Below are positions 61,186 through 64,000 of a DNA stretch of 64,000 nt, piece by piece. The notes beneath the pieces are model-generated. The model worked only from the letters and a program-made list of their open reading frames with translations. It was not told where the DNA came from and made no database searches. The stretch is from an uncultured Desulfobacterium sp. (lineage in GTDB: Bacteria > Desulfobacterota > DSM-4660 > Desulfatiglandales > Desulfatiglandaceae): positions 1,905,239 through 1,969,238 of the forward strand of contig LT984854.1 of the NCBI GenBank assembly GCA_900258555.1, in the 5' to 3' direction. The position numbers were made by a program, and so were the translations under genes. Positions within the stretch are counted from its first letter, which is position 1. Each line of letters opens with the position of its first letter.

Positions 61186-62544
61186 ATGAAACAATTTTTG
61201 TCAAAGAACCTCACCCCTCCCAGGATCTTCATCCTGAGTTTTGCCGTTGTTATCTTCGCAGGGGCTACGCTTTTGTGGTTGCCGTTTTCTGCCTCTAACC
61301 GCACAATAAGTTTCATTGACGCCCTGTTTACATCCACCTCTGCGGTATGTGTCACGGGGCTTTCGGTCCTTGACCTGAGCAAACAACTATCAATTTCGGG
61401 CCAGGTCGTCACACTTTTTCTGTTTCAGATCGGAGGGCTTGGGATTATCAGCTTTTCGGTCCTCCTTTTTGAGATAATGGGAAGACAGGTTTCCTTCAGG
61501 GAAAGGGATATTGTCCAATCCACTTTTTTGGCCAGCCCAAGCAGTGATTTCGGCCTGATACTCAAATGGGTATTTTTGCTGAGTTTTACAATAGAATTTT
61601 TTGGCGCAGTACTTTTGTTTATCAGATTTTCTTTTGATTTTCCATTGTTAAAGGCATTATATTATGCAATATATCACTCTGTGTCGGCCTTCAACAACTG
61701 CGGGTATTCTCTTTTCTCCAACAGCCTTGTTGACTATCAGGGAGACCTGATCACCAATGCAACAATAATGGTATTAATCGTGCTTGGAGGGTTGGGCTTT
61801 GTTGTTCAGCGAGAGATTATTCTGAAATTAAGGGGGCGGATTAAGCGCCTGTCGCTGCACACAAAGATAGTGCTGATCACAACTGCAATCCTTATTGTTT
61901 CAGGTGCCGTTTTTTTCTACGTCTTTGAAAGCGAAAACTGCCTTAGTGGAATTTCCACAATGGATACTATCCTGGTCTCACTGTTTCAGTCCATCACACC
62001 TCGAACATGCGGCTTCAACACAGTGGACATCGGTGCACTGACAAATGCCACTATCCTTCTGATGCTGGTGCTTATGTTTATCGGCGCGTCTCCGGGCTCA
62101 ACCGGCGGGGGGATAAAAACCACAAGTTTCGCTCTTTCTTTTATAATGATTATAAACCGTTTCAAGGGCAGAGAAGATGTCGTTAATGTCTTCAACAGGA
62201 GTATCCCACAGGAAATTATCACAAGGACATTATCCATTATATTCGCCTCTTGCATTTCCGTTTTTATAATCACGGCTGTTGTATTACTTGCAGGCGAGGC
62301 AGATCATGCTCCTTTACAAAACCGTCATCTCTTTATTGAATATCTTTTTGAAACGGTCTCCGCTTTCGGTACGGTCGGGCTTTCAATGGGAGTGTCTTCT
62401 TCCCTTAATGATATACAAAAACTGGCGATCATGATTATGATGTTTGCAGGCCGGGTCGGGCCTCTTACATTGGCATTTTCCCTTTCTTTTAGTAAGAAAG
62501 GCAGGGAACTGGTATATGCAGAAGAAACAGTAATGGTCGGATAG
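61186..62544 (+). CDS. ktrB: TrkH/KtrB-family potassium transporter membrane subunit
   Basis: Multi-TM protein with repeated selectivity-filter-like motifs (CVTGLS, NNCGYS, PRTCGFN, FGTVGLSMG). Confidence 0.9.
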   Translation: MKQFLSKNLTPPRIFILSFAVVIFAGATLLWLPFSASNRTISFIDALFTSTSAVCVTGLSVLDLSKQLSISGQVVTLFLFQIGGLGIISFSVLLFEIMGRQVSFRERDIVQSTFLASPSSDFGLILKWVFLLSFTIEFFGAVLLFIRFSFDFPLLKALYYAIYHSVSAFNNCGYSLFSNSLVDYQGDLITNATIMVLIVLGGLGFVVQREIILKLRGRIKRLSLHTKIVLITTAILIVSGAVFFYVFESENCLSGISTMDTILVSLFQSITPRTCGFNTVDIGALTNATILLMLVLMFIGASPGSTGGGIKTTSFALSFIMIINRFKGREDVVNVFNRSIPQEIITRTLSIIFASCISVFIITAVVLLAGEADHAPLQNRHLFIEYLFETVSAFGTVGLSMGVSSSLNDIQKLAIMIMMFAGRVGPLTLAFSLSFSKKGRELVYAEETVMVG

Positions 62545-62694
62545 GAGGCTGTCCGAGAATGCACTTCCCCCCAAACTCTTTGTTATGCCCGAAAAAATTA
62601 TCCTCAACATATCAATCATATGCCTGCGGTAATTTTTTCAGGCATGCCTCGATTTTGGAAAAAATTGCTATTCTCGAACAGCCTCCTGGGGAGG
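62544..62694 (+). promoter_or_regulatory. structured ktrB-ktrA spacer with long-range inverted repeat competing with the ktrA RBS
   Basis: ggaggctgtccgagaat (62544-62560) pairs with attctcgaacagcctcc (62670-62686), 16 of 17 positions. CCTCC 62682-62686 can alternatively pair with the RBS GGAGG 62690-62694. Inner hairpin atgcctg/caggcat at 62620-62645. Confidence 0.4.
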
Positions 62695-62704
62695 TTTAAT
62701 ACAC

Positions 62705-63352
62705 ATGAAACGGGCAATAGTAATCGGCCTGGGCATATTCGGATTCAATGTTGTCAAGGAGCTTTATAACAGCGGCCTTGAGGTTATCGCAATAGACAAG
62801 AGGAAAGAGGCGGTCCAACAGGCCAGGGATGTTTCCTCCAAGGCAATTCTGGCCGATGGAACCGATAAAGAGCTTATGAACGCCATCGGGCTGAGGGAGG
62901 ATGACACCGTCATTATATCATTCGGTGAGGATCTTGCCGCCAGCACCCTGATCACCCTGCATTTAAGACAGTTGAAGGTTAAAAGGATCATCGTAAAGGT
63001 GCCTGATGAAGAACACAAATTGATCCTGGAGAAGGTCGGTGCAACTGATGTTGTTATACCTGAAAAGGAGATAGCCAACAAGGTAGTAAAGAGTCTAATC
63101 TCACCAAATGTGCTCGACTTCATTCCCCTGGCGGACGGCTACATGATATGCGAAATAGCTCCGCCTGACGCCTTTATCGGAAAAAACTTCACCGACCTGC
63201 AGCTCAGAGGCAAGTATCACGTTGACGTAATAGCCATAAGGGATGTCCTGACCGACAAGATATTGATGCTGCCAAAGGCCACCTTTGTAATAAAAGACAG
63301 TGATGTCCTGGTGGTTATCGGAAAAGAAAAGGACATTGACAAGATAAAATAG
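62705..63352 (+). CDS. ktrA: KtrA/TrkA-type RCK-domain potassium uptake regulatory subunit
   Basis: Rossmann motif IGLGIFG. 215 aa with RCK_N plus RCK_C layout. Confidence 0.9.
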   Translation: MKRAIVIGLGIFGFNVVKELYNSGLEVIAIDKRKEAVQQARDVSSKAILADGTDKELMNAIGLREDDTVIISFGEDLAASTLITLHLRQLKVKRIIVKVPDEEHKLILEKVGATDVVIPEKEIANKVVKSLISPNVLDFIPLADGYMICEIAPPDAFIGKNFTDLQLRGKYHVDVIAIRDVLTDKILMLPKATFVIKDSDVLVVIGKEKDIDKIK

Positions 63353-63431
63353 GCATCATTGTCACTTTATAAGCTTCACTGTCCGGATTCAGCACCGTAA
63401 GGAATCAGTATCTTTGCTATGATCCTGCCAG

Positions 63432-63932
63432 TCATACCACTCTTTTAAACTTACCTTTAACCGCCCCGCATATGGGGCATCTTTCAGGGGCTGATTCCTC
63501 ACTGATATATCCGCAGACCTGGCAGACATGGTATTCAACCTCACGATCGCCAAGGATGGCGTTCATGGCCTTCTTGTAAAGCTCGGCGTGCCCGGTTTCA
63601 ACATCTCTTGAATGTGAGAACGCCTTTAAGGCCGCCTCTGCCCCCTCCTCGGTCGCCTCTTTTATCAGACTTGGATATTCATCGGTATTGGCCTTTATCT
63701 CATTTTCAAAAGCCGCTTCAAGATTCTCCTCTGTTGAGCCTATCTTTCCCCTCATCAGCCTCAAATATCTCTGGGCATGAACTGATTCAGCCTCAGATAC
63801 CGCTCTGAACAGACGGGCAATCTGAGGAAAGCTGTCGCTTTCCGCCTTTTGAGCGAAAGCTGCGTTTCTGACAGAGGCCTTTGACTCAGCGGCGAATGCA
63901 TACGCCAGATTCTTGTCTGTCTTTGTAGTCAT
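63432..63932 (-). CDS. rbr: rubrerythrin
   Basis: Di-iron helices (AAESKA, EAESVHAQRY, ETGHAELY) and a C-terminal rubredoxin CQVCGY...CPICGA. Confidence 0.9.
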   Translation of the reverse strand: MTTKTDKNLAYAFAAESKASVRNAAFAQKAESDSFPQIARLFRAVSEAESVHAQRYLRLMRGKIGSTEENLEAAFENEIKANTDEYPSLIKEATEEGAEAALKAFSHSRDVETGHAELYKKAMNAILGDREVEYHVCQVCGYISEESAPERCPICGAVKGKFKRVV

Positions 63933-64000
63933 ATCTTCTCCTCCTAGAAAGGATTACCAGGATATGAAACAATCCTGTTAATCCTGTCTGATTTGTTTTC

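Noticed and set aside
1-64000. CRISPR arrays, rRNA genes, prophage or integrase genes.
   Set aside because: No regularly spaced direct repeats, rRNA-like sequence, integrase or phage structural genes were noticed on reading either strand. This was a visual scan only, not an exhaustive computation.

Overview
This 64-kb window reads like a chromosomal segment of an anaerobic Desulfobacterota-type (sulfate-reducer-like, Wood-Ljungdahl) genome. That assignment is inferred from gene content only; all calls come from hand translation and motif recognition, with no database search.

- **Selenocysteine redox operon (5392-15884, minus strand):** hdrA(GltD-fusion)-mvhD-hdrA-mvhD-metV-metF. Four genes carry an in-frame TGA at a conserved Cys position, each followed by a hairpin, which indicates selenocysteine recoding. 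The supplied ORF track breaks these genes into fragments.
- **Regulators:** three sigma54-type two-component modules (18-4843, 16757-20594, 38483-41289).
- **Accessory-looking stretch (about 20.9-29.6 kb):** two tandem Cys-rich GcvH-like paralogues, a D,D-carboxypeptidase, an archaeal-type LonB protease translationally coupled to an unrecognisable 398-aa protein in visibly AT-richer DNA, and a zinc-ribbon/GGDEF pair.
- **Housekeeping blocks:** lptD, folC, degP, and rpsB-tsf-pyrH-frr-uppS-cdsA-dxr-rseP-tsaB.
- **Disrupted gene:** a hybrid histidine kinase split by a roughly 307-bp IS200/IS605-derived miniature element.
- **Other genes:** tRNA-Ser(CGA) overlapped by the 3' end of tadA, ktrB-ktrA with a structured spacer, rubrerythrin, an archaemetzincin, two radical-SAM-type proteins and a small HNH nuclease.

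No rRNA genes and no CRISPR array were seen.
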